Shown: piece by piece, positions 1 through 12,598 of the stretch | How the letters are laid out: each line of letters starts with the position of its first letter | Position numbering within the stretch: the stretch's first letter is position 1 | Origin: Klebsormidium nitens | Lineage: Eukaryota; Plantae; Klebsormidiophyceae | Length of the DNA stretch: 47,675 nt | Direction: 5' to 3' | NCBI GenBank assembly: GCA_000708835.1 | Contig: DF237596.1 | Span: 1-47,675, forward strand | The notes under the pieces: model-generated | Seen by the model: only the letters and a program-made list of their open reading frames with translations | Databases searched by the model: none | What the model was told of the DNA's origin: nothing | Position numbers and translations under genes: made by a program

Positions 1-147
1 TAAACCCTAAACCCTAAACCCTAAACCCTAAACCCTAAACCCTAAACCCTAAACCCTAAACCCTAAACCCTAAACCCTAAACCCTAAACCCTAAACCCTA
101 AACCCTAAACCCTAAACCCTAAACCCTAAACCCTAAACCCTAAACCC
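1..147 (-). repeat. Telomeric array, Arabidopsis-type (TTTAGGG)n, 21 perfect copies read as TAAACCC
   Basis: Positions 1-147 are exactly 21 x TAAACCC at the window start, with the C-rich strand oriented as expected for a left chromosome end. Confidence 0.97.
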
Positions 148-211
148 TAAAACCCTAAAACCCTAAAACCCTAAAACCCTAAAACCCTAAAACCCTAAAA
201 CCCTAAAACCC
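148..211 (-). repeat. Proximal telomeric block of 8-mer (TTTTAGGG)n, 8 perfect copies read as TAAAACCC
   Basis: Abrupt switch at 148 to 8 x TAAAACCC, the Chlamydomonas-type motif; degenerate copies follow from 212. Confidence 0.93.
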
Positions 212-380
212 TAAAATCTTACAACCCTAAAAAATGACGTCATTTCCAGAAATGAAAAAAACCCTAAAGCCCTAAAACTCGATTTTTGATTTTTTTGCAG
301 ATCCTGAAAGCGCATAGCAAATGTGACCGAAATCCAACACATAAACTGCCTCTGCGACCCCAAAACCCCCTCTTTTTCAC
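212..380. repeat. Degenerate telomere-like subtelomeric sequence
   Basis: Scattered variants: TAAAATCTT, ACAACCCTAAAAAA, AAAAAACCCTAAAGCCCTAAAACTC, CCCCAAAACCCCC. Confidence 0.6.
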
Positions 381-689
381 CCGAAAACGCAAAAAGATAA
401 CGTTATATCCGAATTTTTCGGACACCCAAAAATTTTGAAATTTTAACGGCTACGCAATTTTGCAAATAGCTTGAAAGGCCATAGCGGGCGTTGTAGATCT
501 CAGAAAGCTCGAAAGCCCGCCCTAGGGTTTTACGCATTAATATAGGGCCTAGGGAGCCTTTGATACTCAGTGGCATCGTAATTCCTTCCGTAGTATCGAA
601 TATATAGCACAAACTTTTGCGATAAGATACAATTATACTAAATACTTGAACGCGACTATATTTTATTTTTGAATGTACGTCAGATCGAG

Positions 690-1160
690 ACAAGGCCGGT
701 ACGTAGCTATTGTACGCGCCGCGCGTAACTTAGGTGACGACCAATAATGCGCGATTGACAAGTAGCTTAATTTAATACATGCGCATGTTGATTTAATATT
801 ATGCATGACTCCCCACAATTAGCTATTGAAGTAAAAAAAGACTTCATGTGCCAAAGCTATAGTTCGACGGTAGTTATCCCGAGACGGTGCTCATGCACAA
901 TTAACTGATATTGTATGAGTCACTAACTTCGTTGCATGACCGGACGAGTTCCACTCGCAACGATTAGTGACGAACACAATGCGATAGAATTGATCGAACT
1001 CGCATCGGGTTTGCAGCCACTGAGCTTTCTAGCTTGTACGTGCGTATATTTTACAATGAACTTAAGATAGGGCTTGAAGGAACCTACTAGGCTACGTATA
1101 GCTCGAGTTTGCTTGGGCACTTTTGAATACTTAAAGAATTGAGCCTCATATGCATGCAGC
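690..1160. other. AT-richer, RY-alternating/palindrome-rich intergenic block A (telomere to HMGS 3' end)
   Basis: Dense TGCA/CATG/GCGC/TATA/GTAC; ACATGCGCATGT at 777-788; no credible ORF. Confidence 0.5.
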
Positions 1161-1337
1161 GCCACTCAGGCTGGCACCGTCGAAATTGATGCAACACATA
1201 CGAGACTCAAGAATGGAATCAGTGGCTGCAAACCTTCACGATTAAATTGGCCCAATCCTGGATATTTGTTTTCGATGTTCAGCAATGACCAACAACTCGG
1301 CGCGACACGAACAATCACTTGGTGTTGCGGTGGCGGG

Positions 1338-4300
1338 CTAATGCCCATTCTGCAAGCTGGTCCCTCCATTTGCTATAAGGTCTCCCTCCAGTTTCCGCCC
1401 GGTCTTGCAAGCGTAGAACCTCCTGTACAGATCGTCCACTTTGGTGAGATAGTACGTCCCTGGGTACAGGCAGTCTGTCTGCGCCTCGGGCACAAAGTCG
1501 TTGGCGCCGTACCGCCGCTCCATCAGCTCTAGCGTGCTTGCAAATTCCGCGGGCTCCACCTGCAAAGCACCACAAGTGTGCGACATCAGCGCACACAGCG
1601 ACAACCCAACGGGCAGAAACTTAGCAGCACAACGTCTTTCAGAGGAGTCGTTGTAGGACAGCTCTCCTACCCCTAAGGATATCGTACTTCATGTACGACG
1701 TTGTGGGAGCACCACCGCTTCCTGACACGCCTGCAGGGCCTTACCGTGGTCCGTGCCGCGAAACGCCCCTCAATATCTAGCCGCTCCACGATGCCGGGCA
1801 GGCTGAATTTGCCAGCGGTGTCGCGCGCGGTGAGCGCAAACAGTGTGGCCGCCAGCCCGCTCCCGTATGAAAAGAGCAAGAAGCGCGTGCCCGCCTGCAC
1901 ACACCGCTACCACTGCGTCAGGAACGGAAAAGCAGGCACAGCAGGCAGGCCCAGCTGAGAGCGATACACGCGTGTGCCAGGCTGCGCCCTCCAGAGCAGT
2001 GCGGCAGTGCGGGCGTGGCGCTCACTGGGATTGCGCCGCGTGTGGTGTGTAGGACGGAGGCGAGGCTGTTGTACAGGGACGCGGTGTACATGTTGCCCGT
2101 CTGCTTCGGGATGAGCGTGCCCGCCGCCACGCGCTGCCCGTACCCCGCACGCGACGCCGCCACCGCAGCCTGCCACCAAAACAACACGGCAGAGTGGCTC
2201 AGGCACGGAAAATAGGAATACACCCAGACTATGCCGAGGGAGCCTGCGGTGGCAGAGAGCAATGTTGCGCCCTTTTCTGACCGAGCCTGGTGCAGCTGGC
2301 CGCATAGTGTGCCCTATGTGTGCTATCGCCCCGCTCCGCCCCCCCGAGTGGGTTCCCAAACCGCACCTTTTCTAAGTCGCGGTCGGTGTAGCTCGCCTCC
2401 AGCGTCACGTCTTTGAACGGCGCCAGCGCGGCCTGCACGTCGGGCGGGCCGGCTCCGCGCGAAAAGTCCTGGTACACCAGGCGGGCGTAGCTCTTCTGCA
2501 CCAACTGCGCAGCAGCACACCACGGGCCACGGTCATCAGCGCAGGGAGAGCAGCACGGCAGGGCGCCAGAAGCGGAGCCCAAAGGAGAGAGCCCAGTACG
2601 ACCAGAGCGGACATGCTCCGGACGTGGGCGTCCACACTGCCGCTAACGGAGTGCTTCTGGCGGCTTGCCTTTGGGCACCGTGCACCACGGATGCCCCGTC
2701 AAAAGCCTGTCAGCAGCAGGAAGGGTCACGCCCGAGGCGTGGCGGGGCAAGGCTGACCTTGTTGTAGGGCGAGTGGAAGCAGACGTAGCCGACATGCTCC
2801 AGCGAGAACGCCTCCCCGGAATGCCGCTTCTCGTACCTGCACCACCCAGTGCGAAAGGCGATGAAACGGGGCGCACGTTCAGGAACACCAGCAGAGGGAG
2901 GTGAGCAGTCATGCTGCTTCGCACGACCTGTGTCATCAGGCACTCTGTGGCCAAAGCAAGCTGGGGCCCTGTGCGGCGCGGCGTGCCTCACTTGGCTGCG
3001 AGGCGGGTGTAGCACTTGTCGAGCGCGCTCAGGTAGCACGTCTGCGTCAGCTTGCCGTCCACCACCTGCGCAGGGGCCCCCAAACCACGCCAGGGTCAGG
3101 CCACCTACGGCGGCACGTCCTAGACAAGGCACGAAACATGGAGGCACCAACATGCTTGAGATACAACAATGTCTGAGCGCCTTTCGTTGTTTCTCACTGA
3201 GAAACGTCGATGGCTTCCTCGACTCAGCCAATCATCTGCTAGACTGTATCGCCAGTGCCAAAGTCGAGCGCCAGCCTCTGACCGGGTATTCGGAGGCGAG
3301 CTTGGGCTTGTAGAAGTCGTAGGTGTGCGCCATGTGCGTGGCCGTCAGGCTGCGATCCAGCGGCAGGGGGGCGTCCGGCCCAATCAGCATGGCCACAGCG
3401 CCAGCGCCCCCGGTGGGGCGCGCGTTGCCCGCAGCATACACCTGCCAGCACAAGGCAGCACATGGCAGCTCAGGCACGCAGCGCCTGATTCCCCGCACAA
3501 AAGGTACAGCATGCTTCCACTCAGGAACCCTGGTGCGCGGACCCCCTGCTGGCCTGTTTTATTGAATGCACAGGATCACTCAACGGCAGGCAAGCACGGG
3601 ACAGCTCCCAGGCAAGGCGCACGCTTCAGCCCTGCGGCACCACCAAGTGACTCCAGAAACAATAGGTGGAGCCGGGGAGGGGGGGAGCAGCTTACTGCGC
3701 TGTCGGCCGCCACCACAAGGCCGTAGCGACCGTCCCAGGCGGTGCTCTCTATCCAGTTGACCACGTTGAGCAACGCCGCAGTGCCCCCATAGCACGCGTT
3801 GCACGAGTCCACGCCCTCCACGTCCTCGTTGCCACACGCCTGCGCCAGGCCACACACAACCATGTCAGGCAGAGGCAGAAAGCAAGCGAGGACAATTGCA
3901 TCGCGGCAGCAACACCATGCCAGACATGCACCAGCATAAGTCACTTGTGGAGGCGGTAGTGCCGTGCGGGGCAGTCCGCACCTCAAAGAGGGGCATGAGG
4001 CAGGTCTTGATGGACTTGCACTTGTCGATGACGGTCTCGCTGCCCACGTCGAGGCGCCCAATCTGCGCGGGGTCCACGCCGTACTTGTCCAGCAGGTTCT
4101 GAACCACCGTCAGGCTGCGCGCATAGACAGCAGAAGGGGGGGCATAACCAAGGGGAGCAGATGACACAGAGAGGCGGGCAGAGCCCTCGCACGACGAAGG
4201 TGTTCACATCATTCGAAGTTGAGCCCTCCAACCTTGAGCTGCCCCTACTAACAGCTGAAAGACCCCCTGCTAGTTACCTCTTTTAAAGGTGCCACCTTGT

Positions 4301-5000
4301 AAAAAGAAGAGCAAGATAGCAACTCACTAAGTAATGGCAAAGCAATCAGAGCAGCCAGCGAGCGACTGCGGCTACAGACAAGGAGTGGGCACCTCATGGA
4401 GATGACGTCCTCGTTGTCGCTGCAGAAGGCCATCGCGTCCTGGCCCAGCCCAATGGTGTACTTGCCCGCGCTCACACCGTCATGCGCCTCCAGCGCAGCC
4501 TGCACCACCCACACCAGCACCAGTTAGGACACCGCAGAGTTAGGAACTACTGCCTGATGCCCGCATGGTCGATGGAAGCCCTGCCCTGAGCTGTGGCGTG
4601 CGGACTGCCCCCACCACCATCCCTGAAAAGGATGGTTGCTGCTGAAAGTACAAGTGAGGGGGAAATGGGTGATCAGGGGCATGGTCCTGAGATCCCCTAT
4701 CTTAGGGAAACTGTGGATCTTCAAGATCAAAACGTGGAATGCCCAAGCTTTTTCGGCCAGCCTCCCTGCCCATTCATGAGGCGCCAACTTCTCTGAAACA
4801 AACTAGCCAGCTTGACTTTCGCTCTTGAAAGCTCGATGACTCTATCGCGGCAGCCCGACCACCAGCGCCCCGCCTGCACCAGCTGGCCCTGAGCTGTCCA
4901 TCAGGGTGTGCCACGCGGCGTGGTGTACCTGGAGGACCCTGCTTGCCGGGAAGTAGACCTCCAGCGCCAAGATCCCCACATGCTCCGGGCGGCCCGCCAT
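1338..5000 (-). CDS. HMGS: Hydroxymethylglutaryl-CoA synthase, 11 exons, about 473 aa
   Basis: Exons 5000-4929, 4499-4393, 4114-3982, 3839-3696, 3441-3283, 3065-2992, 2836-2758, 2504-2367, 2169-2026, 1894-1745, 1559-1338; all GT-AG and phase-consistent. Motifs: [39 protein letters not shown], catalytic [38 protein letters not shown]. Confidence 0.97.
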
Positions 5001-5286
5001 CGCCGCAAACGAACAAGCTGGTTCAGATGGCGAGTCTTCGCTGCCCAATTCTCAAAGCAACAACCCAAGGATAGATCTGTGGTCCAAGCAACGCTTGGTA
5101 TCGAGCGCAACTCTGTTGTTTTGCACTCTTTCAAGACCAATTTCACCAGAGGATTGCTAGTAGGAACGATGGAACGGCTACTGAAGACAGATCTGGCCGC
5201 CTCAATTGGCTTCAAAATCTTTCTAGCTGAACTGGTTTTTTTTTGCGCTCTCCTATCCAGTTTGAATTCCTGGATCTAAGCAGCAG

Positions 5287-5368
5287 TTTAGGATTTTAGG
5301 GTTCACGGTTCACGTACCTGAAAACCCTCAAAACCTAATTGAAACAGAGGAGCACCTGACCCTGGGCC
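5287..5368. promoter_or_regulatory. Telo-box-like inverted pair plus site II (TGGGCC) in the HMGS/VDR divergent promoter
   Basis: TTTAGGATTTTAGGGTT (5287-5303) faces AAAACCCTCAAAACCTAA (5321-5338); TGGGCC at 5363-5368. Telo-box plus site II is a known plant promoter module; function here is untested. Confidence 0.4.
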
Positions 5369-5691
5369 TCACTGAGTCTGACTCTTGATCAGCCAATGGC
5401 GGTGCCTGCACCAATTGATCCTTGTTTCGTTCCTAAGCTCAACAAATCCTCACATGAGCCATGTGATATATGTTAGGGACGTCTCACATAGGACTGCTTT
5501 AAGGCAGTTGACTCAGCTCCTTAGGCTTCAGCGGAAGCTTATGCTTGAGGAAATTGATAGTAGTTGAATGCTGTTGCTTTAGCCTCTACATTGCGAAGGG
5601 GGTGACGGTTTCAAACTGTCATCAGGCGCGCTATTGGCTGGTTCACTGGTGTCTTGTGCAATTCAGAGTGGCCCAAAGTGGCATTTCGGCC

Positions 5692-8662
5692 ATGGCTGGT
5701 GCTTCTGTCTGCTGTGTGGCCCAGCCCGCCAGCTGGTGCGTGCCAGGCACTCTAGGGAGTCTCTCGGAGGGGAGCCCATGCCACCACCCAGCAGGTACAG
5801 CGGGCGGATCCCACTCTTCCCCCTTGATGCGAAATATGTTTCATACACTTTCGGCATGCCGTCGATCAAACCCATGTGGCCAGGGAGCAATGTCTGGGTA
5901 AGGCGGTTCCTCTTCAGATATCTCAATCGCACTTGCCATGGCCTTCCAGGGCCAGCCTGTGCTGAAAAGCGGGCGGTCCTCATCCCAGCATTGTTCCTGC
6001 AGCTTCCTCGTCAGCCCACGCCACGCTGCCTGGTGGGGGCGTTGCGTGGCGCCTCCCGTCCTTGCCCCAGACTACCCTCCCTGCCTGTCTCTCCGTCCCT
6101 GTGGGGGGCCATCAGCGCAGGTATTCCCGTCGGTTAGCGGTGCGGGGCTCCGTTGAGAGCCCCGCTGTCGTCCCCCCCCCGCCTGTGGCCCCTGCTGCGC
6201 CTGCGTGCATCGTGGCCGTGGTGGGCGCCAGCGCGGCCAGCCCACTGCAGGGGGAGCCCTGGACAGCGGTGATGGCGCACATGGCCCAGCGCCTGCTCTG
6301 GACGGACCCCGCCTTTGTCATGCACGTTGTGCGGGACACTGACCTGCCCCCCATTCCTTCTAGCCAAGGCAGCGCCCCCCCCATCGTGGTGGTGGTGGGT
6401 GTGCACGACGATGCTGTGGGCCAGCGGGTGGTGCAGCGCTATGCTGAGGCGCTCACGCTGATGGCGCTGGACTGCGGGCCAGCGGTGGAGGCAGCGGTGC
6501 GCCTGGGCGGCTCCTTCCAGCACCCGCGCAGCGCCCTGGCGGGCCTGCTGGCAAAATTGCCTTGGGGCCCTGCCGCTGCGCGGCGCCAGCTGGCAGCCAC
6601 CATTGGCAGCGCGTGGGGGAGGAATCGCGCGGACGATGTGTTGTTTGGGCTGCTGCTGCTGGTGGACGCGTTTGTGCGGCCGGTCCCGCAGCTGGCGGGG
6701 CTGCGCGCGCAGGACCTGGGCACGCTGCAGAAGATGGCGACCAAGTGCGGGCCGCAGATATGGGCGTGCCTCACCGACGCGTCCTGCAAGCAGGCGCTGG
6801 ACTGCCTCAATGCATGCCCGCCAAACGACCAGGTGTGCATAGGACCTCACAATATCAAGCTTTGACTAATACGAAGTTGCTAACGGGTTTGAAGTCGGAT
6901 TTGGCGCTCGTATCCGTGAGCGGTTTGGTTAGATTACAATCGTACTTCAGAGCGCGGACCAAAGAAAGAGGTTGGCCTCAGATTGCGGCAAATCAAAGAA
7001 TACAAGTGGCTCGATCTCCAGCCCGCTTTTGCGTGTTTGCCTTTGCTGCGTTCGAACAGTGCGTGGGAGCCCCTCAAAAATTCTGCCCACATTTATGCTG
7101 CTCGCTGGAGCGATCGCAACAATCTTATAGGGCGGTTACAAAGCTGATACTCTGCTTCTTGGACGACTGTCCTTGTGTGCAAGCCTTGCATCGTTTACCA
7201 ACTTGCATCACTCGAAAGCCCTGCTTCGCGCTGTGTTGGTTCCCTGGGAGTTCGTGTTCCATGTGGCCCCTGACCGTGTGCCCTCCTGGCGTGCTGTGCC
7301 AGGTGTGCAGCTACCGGTGCATTGTGACGTACGAGAGCCCCCTGCTGGAGGCCTTCTCGCTGTGCGTGCTCCAGAAGCACAACTGCCTGGGCCTGCACGC
7401 GGAGCCGCCCGCCCTGCCGGCCGTGCAGCCCATGGCCGCCTTCCGCGGGCAGCCCCTGACGCACACCGCGGCGGAGGACATCTTCGTGGGCTGGCTGCGC
7501 GACCCTGCCCGGCAGCAGGCGGGGCGGCTGGCGTGGAGCTGGCGCGTGGTGGCTGGGGTGAACGCCGCATACGACAGCTTCCCCTGCCAGTACCAGCTCT
7601 TCTACCGGGGCAAAGCGCGCAACAGCCTCTGGTGAGCTGGGCCGTGCCACGCGGGCCCTTGCGGGAGGAAGTGGATGATTGTCCCGAAAAGAAGCCTGCA
7701 TGCCCTGCAGGTGGAAGAAGTCTTCTAGTTTCTCGAACGAAGTGCTGGGCGTTGACCTGGCTGTTGTTGCCGAGACGAACCTTGTCCCGGATCGAAAAGC
7801 TATTCTGTTCTGCTCAGCTGCAAGGGGGAAACAGAAATGGTTCAATCGTGTTACACCTCCTTTCGAGGAACCGTCTCCTGTTCCTGCTTTAAACTGGGTC
7901 ACTCGTTGCGGCCGCGTGACGCGCCTGTGGCCCTCTCCTCGTTGGCAGGTACGACCCGGTGTTCAAGGTGCAGAAGCTAGACTCGGGGGAGGTGGTCTGG
8001 CGCCGCCGCCACTACCGTGTGCGCAGGGGGGATGCGCCAGGGACCTTCTACTTCTCGGTGAGTGGGGGCGATTGGGCATCCTTCGATTGTTAGACAAGAG
8101 GAGCACTCCGATCGGACTCTCGGCTCATAGAACTGCTCATCTTGATGCAATTCCAATTTGCATTGGACAGCCATCATCTAAAGCGCTTCGACCGACTGGC
8201 TGCTTGTTGCTTTGTCCGAAGGTGAGAGCATATGCATCCCTTCAGTTCGCAAGTGTAAGTAATGAGTGCACATCATGCCCTCCGAAACAAGTGAAGGCAC
8301 AGGAATATTACGAAGCAACATGCTAATTTTCGACCCGCAAGGTCCTCGACAACGGCGTCACCTCCAACGAGTACTGGCGCATCGTGGACTGCCCGGACGA
8401 CCTGTCGTGGGCGCTCTTTTACTACGCGGGCGCGGCCGCGGCTGCCGGGCAAGCGTACTCGGGGGCGGTCCTGGTGACCCCCGACGGCGATTGGCCGGGC
8501 AAAGAGCAGGAGGAGCGGCTGTGCGCGGCGCTGGATGCAGCAGGGATCAAGCTGTGGGAGCTGTACCGAGTCGACAACAAGAGCTGTGACGGGGCACCGT
8601 TGGACATCAGCTCCAAAGAATTGTCACCCCAGGGCGTCGAATCAAGTCTGTTTGAGTCGTAG
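5692..8662 (+). CDS. VDR: Violaxanthin de-epoxidase-related protein (Cys-rich plus lipocalin-like), 5 exons, about 563 aa, probable plastid transit peptide
   Basis: Exons 5692-5794, 6003-6832, 7303-7631, 7949-8057, 8342-8662; phase-consistent. Cys-rich CGPQIWACLTDASCKQALDCLNACPPNDQVCSYRCIVTYES; WRVVAGVNAAYDSFPCQYQLFY; WYDPVFKV...VWRRRHYRVRR; VLDNGVTSNEYWRIVD. Exon 1 is inferred from phase fit. Confidence 0.88.
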
Positions 8663-8979
8663 CGGTATGTGTTCGTTGGAGCTGATGTCTCTACTTGCTT
8701 GTGCCGCATACTTGGGATGCGCCATTGGTGAGAAGAAACTGTTCTCCCGACCCCTAGTGAACCTGGAGGGCTTTTCATGAATCGAGTTGATAGATGAGAA
8801 TGCAAATGTGGCGTCTGAAGCCAACACGAATACCTACGGGGCATGCAAGTCTTTTTGGCACGGGGTGTCAAAGGGGCCGGCCGAGCGAGATCCTTCTGTT
8901 GTCCGGGGGGAAGTCGTCGAGCAGTTTTGGGGGCTGAACGGCGGCTTGTCCTGGGGCCGGCCACAAGAGTCGGATATCA

Positions 8980-9800
8980 TTCACCTGCGTCTAGCTGGGA
9001 ACATACCGTACTATATATCCAGATGTCGCCGGGATAATTACGTACTGCCAAGTGCTTCAATCCATCATTTCATCGATCGATCGCATGTTGAGTTTCATGA
9101 AAATTAAAATCCTCGGTCAATTATACTGGACTCGACCCCGGGACGCGAACGAACTAATTTGCCCGACCTCTCAAAGGGCCCTAAATATGATATTAAGGCC
9201 GTGCGCGCCCGGTCACATGCCGGATGCGTGTATAGCTCCCCGATTTATATAGCGTAATGACTATAAATGATTGCGCAGCGAATTGTCATTAGTTTGCTAG
9301 CGCGCATGCAATTATATAAACAAGATCGTATGTTGCAACGTCGTCAATTGAAAGCGCGTCGACGATGGCGCGCATGCTGGCAAGGTATCGATCTGATGTT
9401 AACTTCCAAACTATCAAATCAGGAATTGAAGATGCCATGCACTTCGACGTACTTTGAGCTCTAGGAAACAACTGTGCATGAGCTTTTAAAGCTCCAACGT
9501 GGTGTGCTCGGCCCCTGGCAACATGCATCATAAGGTGAACCGTCGTAACTTGAGTGAGTTGCATGAGTGCGCGGTAGCTAGCACGGCACGGTCCAACTTC
9601 GGCCGCGGCACGATTGGCGTCCATTTAGTATCTACTGCTACAGCTGCTAAACATAATCCGACTGAGTTGAATCTTGAAATATTCATCAATTCTGCCGGCA
9701 CGAGCCTACTGTGAGCAGATCGAGGCACGCGATGAGGGACCGTCACATGTCCCTGGCACGCGCGGGGTCGTTTGATTAGCCAACTCAACCTGAGTACGGA
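8980..9800. other. Palindrome-rich intergenic block B (VDR/LOG convergent gap)
   Basis: CGATCGATCG at 9074-9083; repeated GCGCGCATGC, TATATA, ATCGAT. Confidence 0.5.
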
Positions 9801-10058
9801 GCAACAAAGCTGCGCTTACCGCCGCTGGCCCCATCGAAACTGCAAGTGTGAAGTCCTCAACTCAAATGTCCTGAAGATCAGCTGGCAACCATCATTGCCA
9901 GCGTGCTTGCGTGCAAGAGGTCGGACTCACTTTCTTCGGAAGCTCCAATGAAAATAAGTGCTCAACAGCGAATCTGTTGTAAGATCGAACCCAGAAGTGA
10001 ATAGCGATGGTAGTGTGCATCTTCGGCCCCTAGCAGACGTGCCCCCTGTCGTACCCTG

Positions 10059-12598
10059 TCACTGCCTGTCGTAGCCCAGCTTGGACCAGCTGCTGGGAGC
10101 CGTCAGCCCCGGCTTCGGGGTGTGTGCCTGCCGGAAGCATCTAGTCGATCAGCGACAATCGCGCAACTGCTGGCAACTGGCTAATGCAACAAAGTATCTT
10201 GGATGCAGCGCTTACCAAATGTCAATCAGTTGAAGCAGCAGCCAGCACCAGCATGCAAGGTGACGAGCATCGAGGGAGGATTGTAGCCTTGTGATGGTCA
10301 AGGTGATGGAAGGTGGATGTACACACGTTAGCTAACTCAGACGGGGCATACACTCGCTGCTTAAGTTACTATAGAGTCGGCACCTCAAGTTTGGCTTTTA
10401 AGCCTCTGCTTAAACGGCCGGACTGTAAGGCAGCCCCTGCACAGCATGTGCAGGGCGGCCCTTACCCGCTGTCTAGTTCCATTCGACAGAGAGGAAGGCG
10501 GTGGGCCCAGCGGCGAGTGTGCGCACCTGCAGCTTGTCGAGCAGCTCTGCGGCGGTGGGCGCCGCGATGACGATGTCCCGGTTGACGGAGGTGACAAAGC
10601 CCTCAGCGACGGCGGTGTCGAAGAACGCGAGGAGGCCGTCGTAGAAGCCGGCCACGTTCAGCACGCCCACCTGCGGCCGCCACAAGTGCGCCAGCGGGCA
10701 TCAGACAGCCGGCCGATCAGGCAGCAAACGCGCATGCAGCAATGCAAGGAGCAGAGCGAACAAGCTGCCACACACACGGGCCGAGCAAGAGGTCAGCCGC
10801 TTTGCAGCAACAGGGTTTGATTCCATCCGAGGAATGCCAGGATCCTGGCCGAGGCAGAGCCTGCAGGGGCAGGGCCGGGTGGTGGGGCCGCGTGCGCACC
10901 GGCTTGCTGTGGATGCCGAGCTGCGCCCAGGTGACCATCTCGAGCAGCTCCTCCAGCGTGCCGTACCCCCCCGGCATCGCAATGAAGGCGTCGGCGAGTG
11001 CCGCCATCTCGGCCTTGCGCTCGTGCATGTCGCCGACCACACGCTGCTCCCCGTACCCACTGCCGTCACCACTGATCTCACGCGGCTTCAGCGCCTCCGG
11101 AATGACGCTGTGAGGGGGCAAAGCGACAGGAATTGTGTAAACAGGCAACCTGTGAACCAAAGGGAATACGATAGCCATCGAAAACGAACCCGGGCCAAGC
11201 AATGCTGGAATTGGGCCTTCAGTGTAAGTAGAAAAGGGCGGGATAGGTAGAAGCTGGGTAATCTCTTGAGGGTGCACGCCTCTGAGTAATTGGATCCGAC
11301 CGAGTCTTGGCTACGGCTGGGGAAAAGTAATGTGGGGAGGCAAAGGAAGAGGGGGGGAAGAACGGCGAGTGAAATCAACACCGAGCACTTGAAGTCAACC
11401 TCTTCAAGCTAGAGGCATGCTTGAAGATGATGGAAGGGCTCATTGAAGGGGGCAAGCACAAATACGAAAACATACATGAAGGAAGAATGAACCACCATGG
11501 CCACAAAAGATCCCTCAAGGCGCGACTGGCACTCTCTACAGTTAGCATATGCAAATACAGGGTCCAATCTCGTTCTTGCAGCCACCAAGCAGAGTCGTAA
11601 CAGTGAACCTCCAGCCAACGGTGCACGGGCCTTGCAAGCGGGGGAGGGGACAAGGGCTGGTGCGATTACCCGATGACCTGTCCTCCTGCCTCCGCCACGG
11701 TCTTGCTGATGGCGCCCATGAGCCCCACATCTCCGCCCCCATACACTAGCTGAATACCTCGCCGCACCTGCCATCAAAAGCGTGGTGTCATACAGGCAGG
11801 GGCAGGTCTGTCCCAGGCTATTGGTTTGATAGCCTTCCGCTCTAAAAAGTGCAAGAAGCCACGGAGGGTCAAAAGCCAGCTTTCGTTGGGGGAAAACTGG
11901 TAAGCATACACCTACTTGGACTGATCCAGGTTACTATCTGTGAACTCTTTGCTAAGGTGAGGGAACTGTGAATACCAAGTGCTTTCCATAAAAAACCCCC
12001 AGTCACAGGATTTCCAACCAAAAGACAAAAACGGCCGCACCCCAGCAAACAGAGGCTTGTTCTCAGTATTTGTGTTTACCAGTATTACCCACAGCATAGT
12101 AGGACAGCAATGCACGTCCAGCAAAATGATCCAAGGGTGTGGACCATAGTCGTCATGAGGAACACTGTGCAGAAGCCGAATAAGCAGTAAACTTTACCTG
12201 AATTTGGATTGAAGCAATTATACATTTAAGGTGCTCCAGCGCAGGATATTTGGAAGTTGACATCTACATCGCCTCTGACAAAAGTTGCAGATTTCAACCA
12301 AAAGGTTGTCTCTTTGAGGGTGTTGTTCTTCTGAACTAGTCACAACACAAGTAGACACCGTGAGCTGCAATTGGCAGCCAGTGTGAAATTTTCATTTCAG
12401 CAAGGACAAGATGACAACCAAAAGGCACAAATTTTAGATCCGCCTGCCCACCATTTCCTGCCCCAGCTCCACCGCTGCTTCTCGATAGCTGCTGCGCGCA
12501 CCAGGCTTGGACCCGCAGTACACACAGACACGCGACAGCAACTGCCCACCGTCCTGCGGCGCTGCGGAAGCATCCTGAGCAGGCTCCGAGGCAGCCAT
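10059..12598 (-). CDS. LOG: LONELY GUY family cytokinin riboside 5'-monophosphate phosphoribohydrolase, 5 exons, about 221 aa
   Basis: Exons 12598-12452, 11767-11670, 11107-10900, 10670-10527, 10127-10059. Motifs [69 protein letters not shown] (PGGxGTxE class-I signature). Confidence 0.95.

Noticed and set aside
6112-7902. Long antisense or alternative-frame ORFs over VDR (for example 6134-6850, 7195-7902), and similar ones over HMGS, GlyRS and LOG
   Set aside because: These are shadow ORFs expected from stop-poor GC-rich coding DNA.
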